A stretch of DNA of 64,000 bases from Pirellulales bacterium (GCA_040901675.1 JBBDYJ010000013.1:1-64000), one strand, 5' to 3'; shown: positions 1 through 10,284, counted from the first letter of the stretch. Notes: generated from the sequence alone by a model not told the origin. Translations and numbers: made by a program.

Positions 1-9
1 CCTGGGGGT

Positions 10-903
10 ATGGGGGCAAAGCCCCCACCGAACCCACTCAAAAGTCCGAATACCCGCTTTTATAGTGTACGAGCCGATGGAGCAAGAAAACAGCCGGGCG
101 AGACGACACCAACTTTGATGATCCGCGACGAGGTGGATGTCTCACGAGCAACCGCGACCACGTTCCAACTAGTATCGGGCAAAACCTACCAGAATTCCTT
201 TGATACATACCGGGTCTTCTTCCGTTGTAGAGGCTCTAATACCGGCCCTTCCTCCCGCTTCTTTAAGTGGTTTTTATGGGATTATACAATTGACGATTGG
301 GTGTATATTCAAGGCGGTCCGGACATTGCGGCGGGCACGTCAATGTCTTACACTTTCCATAGGTATGACATTGACCCAAAATTTGTCAGTGGTACCACGC
401 CACCGAAGATGTCAGCCAAGGTCGCTTATCACAAGGAGGGAGATGATCCCTCGCAAGATCCATGGGTAGCAACAGAATGGGATGTCGAGAAGAGGCATGG
501 CCCAAATCCGATAACTGCGCGTACGGGGACAAAGGATATGACCGACGCCACGCTCGCCAATCAGGACGGCCTAGCAGCCTTCAACTATATGTGGGACGAA
601 AAGGAAGCGCTATGGGTGCCCGTAGCATTCGGTGCGGGGAGGATGCCAGGAACGTACTATTTGCAGACTGCGTGGTTTGACGACGTTAACGTAGCCTGGA
701 TCGAGAACGTAGACCTTCAGGATCCTCCGATGGCTGAATGCGGAATCCATAAGCCGCTCTTGTCTTATTTGTCCGGCTCTCCTATCAGAGTCAAGTCAAT
801 CTTAACTGGTGCCCAAGTTTTGACGGACATAGATGACATTACACCAGTCTATGCGGATAATCCATCACGTAATGGTACAGTCTGGTCCAGAGAGTTACCG
901 TAG
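10..903 (+). CDS. Hypothetical protein in lower-GC segment (start uncertain, may be 5'-truncated)
   Basis: 297-codon ORF in visibly AT-richer DNA; no family motif recognised. Confidence 0.5.
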   Translation: MGAKPPPNPLKSPNTRFYSVRADGARKQPGETTPTLMIRDEVDVSRATATTFQLVSGKTYQNSFDTYRVFFRCRGSNTGPSSRFFKWFLWDYTIDDWVYIQGGPDIAAGTSMSYTFHRYDIDPKFVSGTTPPKMSAKVAYHKEGDDPSQDPWVATEWDVEKRHGPNPITARTGTKDMTDATLANQDGLAAFNYMWDEKEALWVPVAFGAGRMPGTYYLQTAWFDDVNVAWIENVDLQDPPMAECGIHKPLLSYLSGSPIRVKSILTGAQVLTDIDDITPVYADNPSRNGTVWSRELP

Positions 904-1392
904 GCGCTTCGACCAAAAATGAACCACTGGTTGCTGCCGGCCTTTTCAGCGGTCGCAATGATCCTGAGCACCCGGGTGCACTGCTCTGTCCTGCGCAGGA
1001 CCTGCTGGGGTTTGGAGGAGTTATCCGGCAGCACAGCAGGAGCTCGTGGTTGAGTAAAAGGGCCGCCTTTGAGCGAGAACCGTTGTTTTTGCGCCAATCT
1101 TGGAAAGGACGCCCATGAATGACTCTATGCTTTCGGGGACCGAACCCCGTTCCCATCATCGAATTATCGAGAATGACCGTGCGAGAGGGAGGCTACTGGC
1201 GACGCCCGCGATGCTAGCTTCAAAGGGCTGATCGCATGATGCCAAGAGCAAGAGCGGAGCTGGAGCGGTAAAATGTGTAAAATCACGCTGTGGCGTCGCG
1301 GCTACCGCAATGTCCAGCGGGACGTACCCGAACCCACGATGTTGCCGCTGGAAAGGCGAAGGGCGGAAAGGTAACTGGGCGCAGTCTAGAGT

Positions 1393-2001
1393 CTAGAGTG
1401 ACTTAGACCCAGGGTCGGATTGCGGCCGACACATCGCCTTGACGACGAGTCCGGTCATGGCCGCGATTAGCCAACCGGCCGTGGAGACAGTGCATGCAAT
1501 CCCAAAAAGAATCGGCGACCAGATAAACCAGGATCTGTGATGTCCGAGAAGCGGAGCATAGACCAATCCCTGGTCCCAGCGATCCGGCGATGCATACGCG
1601 TGCTCAAAACGCCACAAGGCAACCATCACAGCAGCCACGAAGGTCAGCATAAAAAGTCCCTTAAGGTCTAGCTGTACCTTCGCACGCCTTCGAATCCAGC
1701 ACTCAACGTAAATGGCGGTGCAAACTAGCAGGACCAAAGATGCTAAGGTATTGAAGACAAAAGCATTGTGACGTAGAATGTCTAGACCCTTGTAGAGAGT
1801 AGACATATCAGTGTATAAGAATGGCCATCCCCGCCGAGGGCGAGGATCAAGTCCATTCGTTTCTACCAGGGTTGCCACCATAATCAACAGGGCCATGCAC
1901 GTCCCAACGTGGACGTAATACCAGGGGTACTTCGCCATTTGTGAATCCATTATCGTTGAGCAACGACTTTGGTTTGGGTTCGCCAGACCACTTGCCGCCA
2001 C
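1393..2001 (-). CDS. Hypothetical multi-pass membrane protein
   Basis: About 4 hydrophobic segments; RGWPF and QLDLKGLF motifs resemble small planctomycete membrane proteins; start uncertain. Confidence 0.55.
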   Translation of the reverse strand: MAASGLANPNQSRCSTIMDSQMAKYPWYYVHVGTCMALLIMVATLVETNGLDPRPRRGWPFLYTDMSTLYKGLDILRHNAFVFNTLASLVLLVCTAIYVECWIRRRAKVQLDLKGLFMLTFVAAVMVALWRFEHAYASPDRWDQGLVYAPLLGHHRSWFIWSPILFGIACTVSTAGWLIAAMTGLVVKAMCRPQSDPGSKSL

Positions 2002-2149
2002 TCCTGTGCTGCCTTCTGAAGTGGGCCCCAGGCCCCCCGGACCAAAAAACGGGTTCTATTAGGTCGTTTCAGAATAGCACATTCAGGCGACGCTCGCGAG
2101 TGATTCCGACGTTTTGCCGACGCTTTCTGCTCGAAACGAAGGACATCTG

Positions 2150-2569
2150 ATGAAGGCCCTGCTCGACCGCGGGACCGGCGTCTATCCCGCGGTGGCGGCC
2201 CTGTTTCTCTACAGCCTGCTGCCGATCGTCCGCAACACGCACGCCGGCATGACCGGCATTTCGGCCTCGCTGCGTGAATCGGCCGAGGCGCTGGGGCTTC
2301 CCGCGTCCGCGATCTTCTGGCGGATCGAGCTGCCCTTGGCGTCGCGCACGATCCTGGCCGGCGTGAAGACGGCCGCGGTGATCAACGTCGGCACGGCGAC
2401 GTTGGGCGGTTTCATCGGCGCCGGCGGCTATGGCCGGCCGATCCTTCGCGGCATCGACAAGTTCGACGTTCCCTTGATGCTCGAAGGCGCGATCCCCGCC
2501 GCGCTCTTGGCCTTGGCCGTGCAGGCCGTCTTTGAGCTGGCCGAACGGGCCCTGGCGCCGGGCGGTTGA
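2150..2569 (+). pseudogene. C-terminal fragment of an osmoprotectant (glycine betaine/choline, ProW/OpuBB-like) ABC permease
   Basis: [16 protein letters not shown]-type loop [29 protein letters not shown]-terminal part absent and no ATPase or binding-protein gene adjacent. Confidence 0.75.
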
Positions 2570-2733
2570 TCCAGATAGTCTATCTGAGGGTGCCGCCTGG
2601 TATGAGAACTCCCTTCCTTTTGCCGCGGCTGAACGATTTGCTGAAGGCGCAAGCGGCCTTCCGCCGAAGCTGATTTACTGACCTGAATCCCGGTCCTTTG
2701 TTGCGGCCCCGCCGCTTGGGGAGGTCAACGGCG

Positions 2734-3966
2734 ATGAACCCTTACCGCATGGCGCCTCCCTCCGGCGCCTGGGACCCGAAGCTGAAGCCGAGGCTCGTCC
2801 GATTGATGCGGCCGTTTCGGACGCGGAAGCGGATCCGCACGCAGCAGGTGGTCCAGGTCGACGTCCGGCACGGCGAGCGGCTGCGGCAGGCGATCGACGC
2901 CAACTGCGGCGTCCTCATCACCCCCAACCACGCCACGCACGCCGATCCGTACACGGTGTATGCCCTGGCCGATCACGTCGATCGGCCGTTCTACTTCATG
3001 TCCACCTGGCACGTCTTCGACGCGCAGCCGTGGATCGGGCAAAAGATGCTCCAGTGGCATGGCGCGTTCAGCGTCGACCGGGAGGCGAACGACCTGAGGG
3101 CCTTCAAGCTCGCCCTGCACATCCTGCAAAACGAACCGCACCCGCTGGTCATCTTCCCGGAAGGTGAGGTGTATCACTGCAACGACCGCGTGACGCCGTT
3201 CCGCGACGGCGCCGCCGCGATCGCCCTGGCCGCCGCGCGGCGGTCCGAGCGGCCGATCGTCTGTGTCCCCTGCGGACTGAAGTACCGCTACCTCGAAGAT
3301 CCGACCGCCGAGCTGGAACGGGTCATGGACGAGCTGGAGCGCCGCGTCTTCTGGCGGCCTCGCCGGCACCGCCCCTTGACCGAGCGGATTTATTCGCTGG
3401 CCGAGGCGCTGCTCGCGCTGAAGGAGCTGGAGTTTCTCGGCCAGGCCGCCAGCGGACCGCTCCCCCAGCGGCTGCGCAGCCTGGCCGAAGAGGTTTTGCG
3501 CCGCCTCGAGCGGCAGTGCGGCATCCCATCCAACGGCTTCACCATTCCCGAGCGCGTCAAGCAAGTCCGCCGGCACGTGCTGGAGCAGCTCGGCCAACTG
3601 GACGCAGCGGACCCCAAGCGGAACATGTTCCAGGAAGTGCTCGACGACGTGTTTCTCGTGGTGCAGCTTTTCAGCTATCCGGGCGATTACGTGGCCGAGC
3701 GGCCCACCATCGAGCGGCTGGCCGAAACGCTCGACAAGCTGGAGGAGGACGTGTTGGGGATCTACTCCGCCACGATCCGCGGCAAGCGGGCCGTGACCGT
3801 GGCCATCGGCGAGCCGATCGCCCTTCAAGGCGGCAAGGGCCCCAAGAACGCCGTCGCCGAGCTGACCGAGTCCCTCGAGGCCGCAGTGCAAGGGCTGCTC
3901 GACGAGCTGAACGGCGCGGCAGGCGGCGCGGCAAATGACGAATGCCTAGGCGGCTCGTCCCGGTAG
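2734..3966 (+). CDS. PlsC-family (lysophospholipid/glycerol-3-phosphate) acyltransferase
   Basis: Catalytic NHATHAD (HX4D) and IFPEG motifs; GGAGG SD before ATG 2734. Confidence 0.85.
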   Translation: MNPYRMAPPSGAWDPKLKPRLVRLMRPFRTRKRIRTQQVVQVDVRHGERLRQAIDANCGVLITPNHATHADPYTVYALADHVDRPFYFMSTWHVFDAQPWIGQKMLQWHGAFSVDREANDLRAFKLALHILQNEPHPLVIFPEGEVYHCNDRVTPFRDGAAAIALAAARRSERPIVCVPCGLKYRYLEDPTAELERVMDELERRVFWRPRRHRPLTERIYSLAEALLALKELEFLGQAASGPLPQRLRSLAEEVLRRLERQCGIPSNGFTIPERVKQVRRHVLEQLGQLDAADPKRNMFQEVLDDVFLVVQLFSYPGDYVAERPTIERLAETLDKLEEDVLGIYSATIRGKRAVTVAIGEPIALQGGKGPKNAVAELTESLEAAVQGLLDELNGAAGGAANDECLGGSSR

Positions 3967-4086
3967 ATTCCAACGATCGGGACCCGCGCTCGGCGGGCGA
4001 TCTGGAGCACGTCGCGCCTGGTTCAATTGCCCAAGAGCAGGCGGTCGCCCCAGAGGGCGACGTCTTCATTAGCTCCCAACCACTCT

Positions 4087-5940
4087 CTATTGCCGGGGCC
4101 CCGCTCCGCTAGCGCCGCTCAATAGCTCGACCGCTTCGCGGATCTGGTGCATGCCGGCAGCCTCCGCGATCGGCGGGCCGAAGCGGATCGTCACCCGGTA
4201 CGGCCACCGCCGCGGCAGCTTCCAGAGCAAGCGGCCCCGTTCGTAGCTGAAGATGCTCCCCCATAGCTCATCCAGGTACACCGGAACGATCGGCACACCT
4301 GCCTGGCGGGCGATCCCGATCACGTCGTGCCGGAACTCCTGCAACCGGCCGGTCCGGGTAATCTCTCCTTCGGCGAAAATGCAGACGATCTGGCCGTCAC
4401 GCAGTGCCGCCGCAGCCTCGCTGCTCGCCCGCGAGTCGTGTTCCAAAGGCGGCGTAAACTCGATCACCCCGGCCAGCCTCCCCGCCCGGCGAAGCACTCT
4501 GCTCTTCAGGCGATCCGACTCGACGAGCAGCCGCAGCGGCCGTGACGAGCTCATCATCAGCAACAGGCCGTCCAGCCAGGTGACGTGATTGGCGACCAGC
4601 AGCGCGCCGCCGTGATCCGGCAGGTGCTCCCTTCCCTCGACGCGCACACGGTACACGGTGTGCGCGGCCAGCCACACCGCCAGCCGCGCCGTCGCCCAGG
4701 GGAGCAGCGTCACCGCGTACAGCAGCACCGGAACCGTGGCGATGCCGGTGATCAAAAAGATGGCCGTCGCTTCCAGCTTCAGCGCGCCGTGCAGAATGTA
4801 GAACACGCCCGACACGCACAGCATCCCGGCAAAAGCCAGAAAATTGCCGGCGGCCAGGATCCTTCCCCGCGACTCGGCCGGGCTGCGATGCTGCATGTAA
4901 GCGGCCAGCGGCACGTTGAACATGCCGCCGCTGGCTCCCAACAGCAACAGCCAGGCGATGTAGCCTTGGCTCACGGCGTTGAGCAGGATCGAAAAGACCA
5001 CCACGCCCGCGGCCCCCAAAGGCACCAGTCCCAGCTCGACCTTGCCGCCGGAGAGAAACCCGGCCAGCACGCTCCCCAGGCCGACGCCGACCGCCAGCAC
5101 GGCCAGGGCGGCCGCCACGTCGGTCTGCGCGCGGCCGAACTGTTCGACGATCATCCCGTCGACGTTCAACTGGGCCAGCGAAGCGACCATCCAGAAGAAG
5201 GCGATGCCCAGCGCTACGCGGAACAGTCCCGAGTGGCCGGCCAGAAACCGCAGGTCGTTGAGCGTTTCGCGCAGCAGCCGCTTGGGGATCGGCCGTGCCG
5301 GGTTGGCGGGAGGCAGCTTCCGGATGGCGAGGCTCGCCGCCAGTCCGGCGGCCGCCACGCCGAGCAAGGCCGCCGCGGAAAAGGCGGCCCGCTGCGCCGC
5401 CGACTCCTTGGTCAGCTCGTAGAGCACGTTGCCGGCCGCCGTTCCGGCCACGGTGGCCAGGATCGTGGTCAGCCCGATCATGCCGTTGGCCACGGAGAGC
5501 TTTTCCGGCCGCAGCATCTCGGGCAGCGAGCCCAGCTTGGAGGGCCCGAACAGCGCGCTCTGCGTCCCCATGCAAAACAGCACGAAGAACATCAGGTAGA
5601 CGTTGTTCAGCCAGATAGCGGCGGCGCCGGCCGACATCAGCACCACCTCGGCGGCCTTGCAGCAGACGATGACCGTCCGCTTGCTGAAGCGATCGGCCAG
5701 GTAGCCCGCCACGGCGGCGAAGAGCAGGTACGGCAGCACGAAGCAGGCCAGGCCGATCGACAGGGCCAAGGCCGCCCCGGCCCCGTCGCGGGCGGGGTCC
5801 GCCAACAGTTCCTTGCCGATCGGCACGACCAGCCAGCGGAACATATTGTCGTTCATGGCCCCCAGGAGCTGTGTCAGCAGCAGCCCCAAGAAGCTCCGCG
5901 ACAGAAGGCCGCCTTGCCCGTCCTCTTTGCTATCGGTCAT
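4087..5940 (-). CDS. LplT-like MFS transporter fused to PlsC acyltransferase (Aas-like, no acyl-ACP synthetase domain)
   Basis: TQLLGAMNDNMFR, GYLADRFSKR, QSALFGPSK; C-terminal NHVTWLD, IFAEG, LWGSIFS. Confidence 0.85.
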   Translation of the reverse strand: MTDSKEDGQGGLLSRSFLGLLLTQLLGAMNDNMFRWLVVPIGKELLADPARDGAGAALALSIGLACFVLPYLLFAAVAGYLADRFSKRTVIVCCKAAEVVLMSAGAAAIWLNNVYLMFFVLFCMGTQSALFGPSKLGSLPEMLRPEKLSVANGMIGLTTILATVAGTAAGNVLYELTKESAAQRAAFSAAALLGVAAAGLAASLAIRKLPPANPARPIPKRLLRETLNDLRFLAGHSGLFRVALGIAFFWMVASLAQLNVDGMIVEQFGRAQTDVAAALAVLAVGVGLGSVLAGFLSGGKVELGLVPLGAAGVVVFSILLNAVSQGYIAWLLLLGASGGMFNVPLAAYMQHRSPAESRGRILAAGNFLAFAGMLCVSGVFYILHGALKLEATAIFLITGIATVPVLLYAVTLLPWATARLAVWLAAHTVYRVRVEGREHLPDHGGALLVANHVTWLDGLLLMMSSSRPLRLLVESDRLKSRVLRRAGRLAGVIEFTPPLEHDSRASSEAAAALRDGQIVCIFAEGEITRTGRLQEFRHDVIGIARQAGVPIVPVYLDELWGSIFSYERGRLLWKLPRRWPYRVTIRFGPPIAEAAGMHQIREAVELLSGASGAGPRQ

Positions 5941-6336
5941 ACGGGTAGTGGCTTTCGCCCGGCTCTTCGTCGTGGCCGCCCCTCAGCGAGTCCGTCGTGC
6001 GTGTTGCGACTGCCAGCGGAAAGCGGCCTTCTCGTCATTCTTCGGCCGCCCAGACCCTGCTCCTGGAATCATTCAATTCGCGTTTTGGTAGAATTGCTTC
6101 ACCTCGATCAGCGAGTATTTTCCGCGACCGGCATGGTCCCCATCGTATATAGCCGCAGGTACAACTTCACGGCCTTCGGCCTCGGGCGATCGAGGGCATT
6201 CTCGCCCGCTTTGACGAACACGTTCACCAGCAATCTGAGCGGCGATCCATGCCATGAGGCTTCCCGGCGGCAGCGTGCGTCGGTCAGTCGCACGGGGCTT
6301 GTCGATGCTCGTTTTCCTGGTACGCTGAGAGGCTTC

Positions 6337-6409
<73 letters not shown>

Positions 6410-6498
6410 CTCGCCGAAGGAGGAAGGAGGAAGGCAGAAGGAGGAATGACGCCAAGAGCGCTCGAGGCCGATGAGCGCAAGCGGCGAGGTGTGCCGGC

Positions 6499-7101
6499 GT
6501 GTCCGAAATCAATCCCTACGCCTCGCCCCTGAGCGATGAGCAGGCCGGCACGATCCCGGCCGAGCCGGGCGGCATCTGGCGCGATGGCTCCGTGCTGGTC
6601 ATGCATCGCGATGCCGTGCTGCCCGACCTCTGCATCAAGTGCAATCTGCCGGCCGGCGGCAGGCGCCTCATGCGAACGCTCTACTGGCATCACCCGCTGG
6701 TGTATCTGAGTCTGCTGCTCTGGGTCCTTTGCGGCCCGTTGCCCTTCATCGTGCTGGCACTCATTCTTCGGCGGAAGGCCAAAGTCGCAATCGGCGTTTG
6801 CACCCGCCACCTGGCTCGCCGACGACGCGCCATTCTCATCGGCTGGGCCGTGAGCCTGCCGGGGATTGCCCTGTTCGTGACCGGCGTGCTCCAATCCGGC
6901 GATTTGGCCGGCCTGCTGATTCTAGCCGGCGTTTTGTTCGTGCTGTGCGGAGTCGTATACGGAGTTTCAATCGCGGCGGTCATCTCCCCCAAGCGGATCG
7001 ATGGGGAATACGTGTTCATCAAGCGTGCCGGGCCGGAATACCTTGCCCAGTTCCCGGCGTGGCGGCTTGAGGGAGTTCCCGCAACGCACAACCCGGTTTA
7101 A
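6499..7101 (+). CDS. Hypothetical membrane protein
   Basis: N-terminal NPYASP motif, LPDLCIKCN, 3-4 TM segments. Confidence 0.75.
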   Translation: MSEINPYASPLSDEQAGTIPAEPGGIWRDGSVLVMHRDAVLPDLCIKCNLPAGGRRLMRTLYWHHPLVYLSLLLWVLCGPLPFIVLALILRRKAKVAIGVCTRHLARRRRAILIGWAVSLPGIALFVTGVLQSGDLAGLLILAGVLFVLCGVVYGVSIAAVISPKRIDGEYVFIKRAGPEYLAQFPAWRLEGVPATHNPV

Positions 7102-7349
7102 GCCCCAGACGAGCGAGCGAAGTCGATCGCCCCACCCCAATCCGAACAACTCGCCGCTCCTTGGAACCGGTGCCCAAGGCAATGACGCACGTCGCGGCCA
7201 GCCGCCACCTTCAGGAACGAGCCGACCTGCCGGCATGGCGAAGCGATTAGCGGGAACTGCGTCTTTTTGCCCGCCGCCCAATAGCCTCAGGCGGATCAAG
7301 GACGACCATCGGGGCAACGAAGCAGTTTGCAGGCACCCGATGACCCCTG

Positions 7350-7823
7350 TTATTGTGCACCGGGCTTCTTTGTTCGGGCAGGCAAAAACTGAAGCTTATC
7401 CGCCCTCAATAAGGGCTGGACCTTAAGCTGCGGCAAGCCTATGCGGGCGAGCATAGACTGAATGAATTCTCGCCAATATGGCCAAGCAGCAACGACGGCA
7501 TCAACACGTCCGAATTCCTCAATTTGGCGGTCTGTTATCCCCTTGAGGCTAGGGAAGCGATACAGCAGAGCAAACTCTGCGTGAATTCGAAAACCGCCTC
7601 CGGTATCGGACTTTGGCGCAAGAAGAAAACCAACTTTGATCATAACGTCCGGTTCAGTTTTCGATCTCCCCGGCGTAATGGTGATTGATTGGTGAAGCTC
7701 AGAAGGGGGGCCGGTCAGGGGGCGCTGGACGCTGCCCGAGACAAGGTGTAAATCGCGAAGCTCTGCCTCCCGAAGAAGCTTCTCGGCGGTGCTGGCCTTC
7801 GCAGACTTCCTTCTTGCCGTCAT
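7350..7823 (-). CDS. SecB-like chaperone (TAC system)
   Basis: FRIHAEFALLY strand and AWPYWREFIQSMLARIGLP helix typical of SecB-like proteins; ATGA overlap with antitoxin. Confidence 0.75.
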   Translation of the reverse strand: MTARRKSAKASTAEKLLREAELRDLHLVSGSVQRPLTGPPSELHQSITITPGRSKTEPDVMIKVGFLLAPKSDTGGGFRIHAEFALLYRFPSLKGITDRQIEEFGRVDAVVAAWPYWREFIQSMLARIGLPQLKVQPLLRADKLQFLPARTKKPGAQ

Positions 7824-8233
7824 GCAACGAGGGTCCGTGAGAGAGATTTAGTTATTGTCGGACTCCACTCTTCGGGCTCGAGCAACCACGTTGGGGCCTC
7901 CGTTGCCAACTCTGCTGTGACTGTTTCTCCGATTGAGTAGCTTCGACCAACGAAACGAACCTCCAGTCGTTTTTCAAGAGCGCTAGCGATTCGCTCGAGC
8001 GTCCTCAGCGAATGGCCGTCGTAGTCCGCATCCTCCAAGCGAGCAATTACTGATTGGTGCATGCCTGCGCGTTCGGCAAGCGCCTGTTGGGTTAGCCCCG
8101 CCTGTTCTCTGGCAAGGAAAATCTCGCTTCCGACGTTGGCCTTGAATCGTTCCCGCTCAACGCGCTGCGCCAAATCTGGGTCGCGGGCCAGCTTGCGGCG
8201 GATGGCTTCCGCGAGGTTTTTGGTTGTGGCCAT
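7820..8233 (-). CDS. HigA-like XRE/HTH antitoxin with C-terminal extension
   Basis: AREQAGLTQQALAERAGMHQSVIARLEDADYDGHSLRTLERIA HTH; about 40-aa tail beyond the usual end. Confidence 0.85.
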   Translation of the reverse strand: MATTKNLAEAIRRKLARDPDLAQRVERERFKANVGSEIFLAREQAGLTQQALAERAGMHQSVIARLEDADYDGHSLRTLERIASALEKRLEVRFVGRSYSIGETVTAELATEAPTWLLEPEEWSPTITKSLSRTLVA

Positions 8234-8238
8234 GCGTT

Positions 8239-8628
8239 CTACTCCAAGTCGATGTCAGCCGTGTACCGATCAGGATCTTTCAAGGCCTGATTCCTTCGTG
8301 CCATGGCCGTGTCGATATCCCGAGGCGGAACCGCTCGTCCCGGTTTGATGAGCCCATGCGACAATGCGGCCCGGTGTTGGGCAAAAAAGAAATAGAGCAT
8401 GCGATACTGGACCCGGCCGAGCTTGGCTCGCAGTTCGTAGATGCCATCACGCAGGTAATCCGAATGTGGCCGCCGCATTTCGTGTCCAAACTCTGCCAAA
8501 TCTAGAATCCTGGCAATGCACTTGTCGTATGCCTCAGGTTTGCGGACTTTAAGATCGTCAAGCCATTCCTGAATCGGGACCCTCCGGTCAGCTTGGCGGA
8601 ACGCCCTCCGTTGGGGGCATTCATCCAC
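8239..8628 (-). CDS. HigB/RelE-ParE (Gp49-like) toxin
   Basis: VPIQEWL, GHEMRRPHSDYLRDGIYELR, YRMLYFF, LSHGLIK; toxin-before-antitoxin order; N-terminus possibly frameshifted. Confidence 0.85.
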   Translation of the reverse strand: MDECPQRRAFRQADRRVPIQEWLDDLKVRKPEAYDKCIARILDLAEFGHEMRRPHSDYLRDGIYELRAKLGRVQYRMLYFFFAQHRAALSHGLIKPGRAVPPRDIDTAMARRNQALKDPDRYTADIDLE

Positions 8629-8630
8629 CC

Positions 8631-8650
8631 CTATAGCAATATTGTACTAT
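8631..8650 (-). promoter_or_regulatory. -10 element (TACAAT) within a CAATATTG palindrome; putative antitoxin operator
   Basis: CTATAGCAATATTGTACTAT immediately upstream of the toxin. Confidence 0.4.
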
Positions 8651-8846
8651 TCGGCCTAGCCCGATCCAGGCGCTGAACCGGAATTTGGGAAGGATCTCCT
8701 GGACCCCCCTCACTGTAGCCATTCTGGAGCCAAATAGACCAGACAAACCCGGAATCCGTGCACGGTGGCGGACGCCCGACCTAGCGAAAGCGGCTGGCAG
8801 CTTGGGACACGATAAGCCCTCAAGGCAGTTCGACCCAGCCTTCAAT

Positions 8847-9737
8847 CTACTCGGGCAGCACGACGGCCTCGGCCATGCGGCGGGTGCAGAGCCCGCGATA
8901 AATTCGATCGTCGATGTACTGCGTGATCATCCGCACCGAGCCGTCGCCCACCAGGAAATTGGTTCCGGTCGGGTGGTAGCTGCCAAAGTCGTCGAAGTGG
9001 CCGGTCGGATGGTTGGGCGTATGGTCGGCGATGCCCAGAAACCGCGAAAAGGCCTCCTCGCCGCCGGGCACGCAGCCGGTCCAGGTCGAGCCGCCCAGGC
9101 GGCTGGACCGCTCGCCCACGAACAGCGTGTGGCTCAAACCGTCGGGCACGTCGCCGAAGGGCACGCCGACGTGGTGGAAGAAGACGCCGTCGCCCTGGCA
9201 CCATTCGCCCAGGGGCACCGATTCGCAGTCCTCCAGCTCGGTCGTGCCGAAGACGCCGATATAGTTGCCCGCGGCCAGGTCGGTGAGGGCCGTCCCCGGG
9301 TTCGCCTCCGAGTCGAGCGTAAACTGCCGCGGACCATCGTCCGACGGACAGCGGTAGCTCTGCAGCGGGCGGAGGCGGGCCACGTCGTTCATCGGGTCGG
9401 TGATCGGACGGTTGAAGTCGATCAAGCCCTTCGAGACGTTCTTCTGCTCCAAGAACGGCAGGATCCGGGCTGCCCAGCCCCAGCCGGGCTCCCCCTCGAC
9501 CCACGGCTGGCCCGTGGCTGGGTCCTCGGCCAGCCAGCCGGGCGGAAGCGACTTGGACGTGTCGTGATACATCTGCAGCGCCAACCCGATCTGCTTCAAG
9601 TGGTTGGTACACGAGCTGCGCCGGGCCGACTCGCGTGCCGCCTGCACGGCCGGCAGCAACAGCGCCATCAAGACGCCGATCACCGCAATCACCACCAACA
9701 ATTCCACCAGCGTAAATGCCCTGCGCCTGCGACGCAT
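8847..9737 (-). CDS. DUF1559 protein with prepilin-type N-terminal cleavage/methylation motif
   Basis: [54 protein letters not shown]-terminal [16 protein letters not shown] (H-X9-DG); SD CAGGAGG before ATG 9737. Confidence 0.95.
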   Translation of the reverse strand: MRRRRRAFTLVELLVVIAVIGVLMALLLPAVQAARESARRSSCTNHLKQIGLALQMYHDTSKSLPPGWLAEDPATGQPWVEGEPGWGWAARILPFLEQKNVSKGLIDFNRPITDPMNDVARLRPLQSYRCPSDDGPRQFTLDSEANPGTALTDLAAGNYIGVFGTTELEDCESVPLGEWCQGDGVFFHHVGVPFGDVPDGLSHTLFVGERSSRLGGSTWTGCVPGGEEAFSRFLGIADHTPNHPTGHFDDFGSYHPTGTNFLVGDGSVRMITQYIDDRIYRGLCTRRMAEAVVLPE

Positions 9738-9852
9738 GTCACTAGCCTCCTGAGAAATACCGGACTGCCCGATAGGACAACCCGATTGGAAATGTCTGAG
9801 AACCCGAACCGCCGGCCGTTCATCGAAGCGGCCTTGGCGGCAACGCGCGGCT

Positions 9853-10284
9853 TCAGACGCTGGCAGGAGGCGCCCGCGGACGAGCGGATGAGAAAATGTC
9901 GCGCGCCGGGCGGGCGGGCGGATCGGGAATCGCAAGCTCGGCCACCGACAGCGATGGCCCGCCGGCCGGTTCGAACACGACCGGCAACGCGCACTGCGCG
10001 AGGAAGCGGCACACGACGCAGCCCGGCTCGCCGGCGGGCAGAGAGCTTGCCGGATGCCGCGAGCCCGAATGCTGCTCATGGTGCGAAACTTCCCGCACGC
10101 GGCAACCGTGCTCGGCGTGGCACCCCGGATCGTCATGGTGATGATGGTCCGCTTCGACCTCGACATGGCAGCAATCGCCGCCAAGGCCGCGGGGGTGCGC
10201 GTGCCAGCCGCCCGCCAGCGAGCCGGCCAACGTACAGGCAAGCGCCACGACTCCGATCGCGCGATGACGCACCAGGGTCAACAT
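9853..10284 (-). CDS. DUF2946-like His-rich leader with CxxC and C-terminal RAPP (putative arrest peptide)
   Basis: Signal-like N-terminus, HHHH/His-Cys-rich middle, CVVC, ends RPRAPPASV. Confidence 0.75.
   Translation of the reverse strand: MLTLVRHRAIGVVALACTLAGSLAGGWHAHPRGLGGDCCHVEVEADHHHHDDPGCHAEHGCRVREVSHHEQHSGSRHPASSLPAGEPGCVVCRFLAQCALPVVFEPAGGPSLSVAELAIPDPPARPARDIFSSARPRAPPASV

Noticed and set aside
9738..10241. N-terminal extension of the DUF1559 ORF given by the track
   Set aside because: The prepilin motif and SD place the start at 9737; the extension overlaps the RAPP leader in another frame
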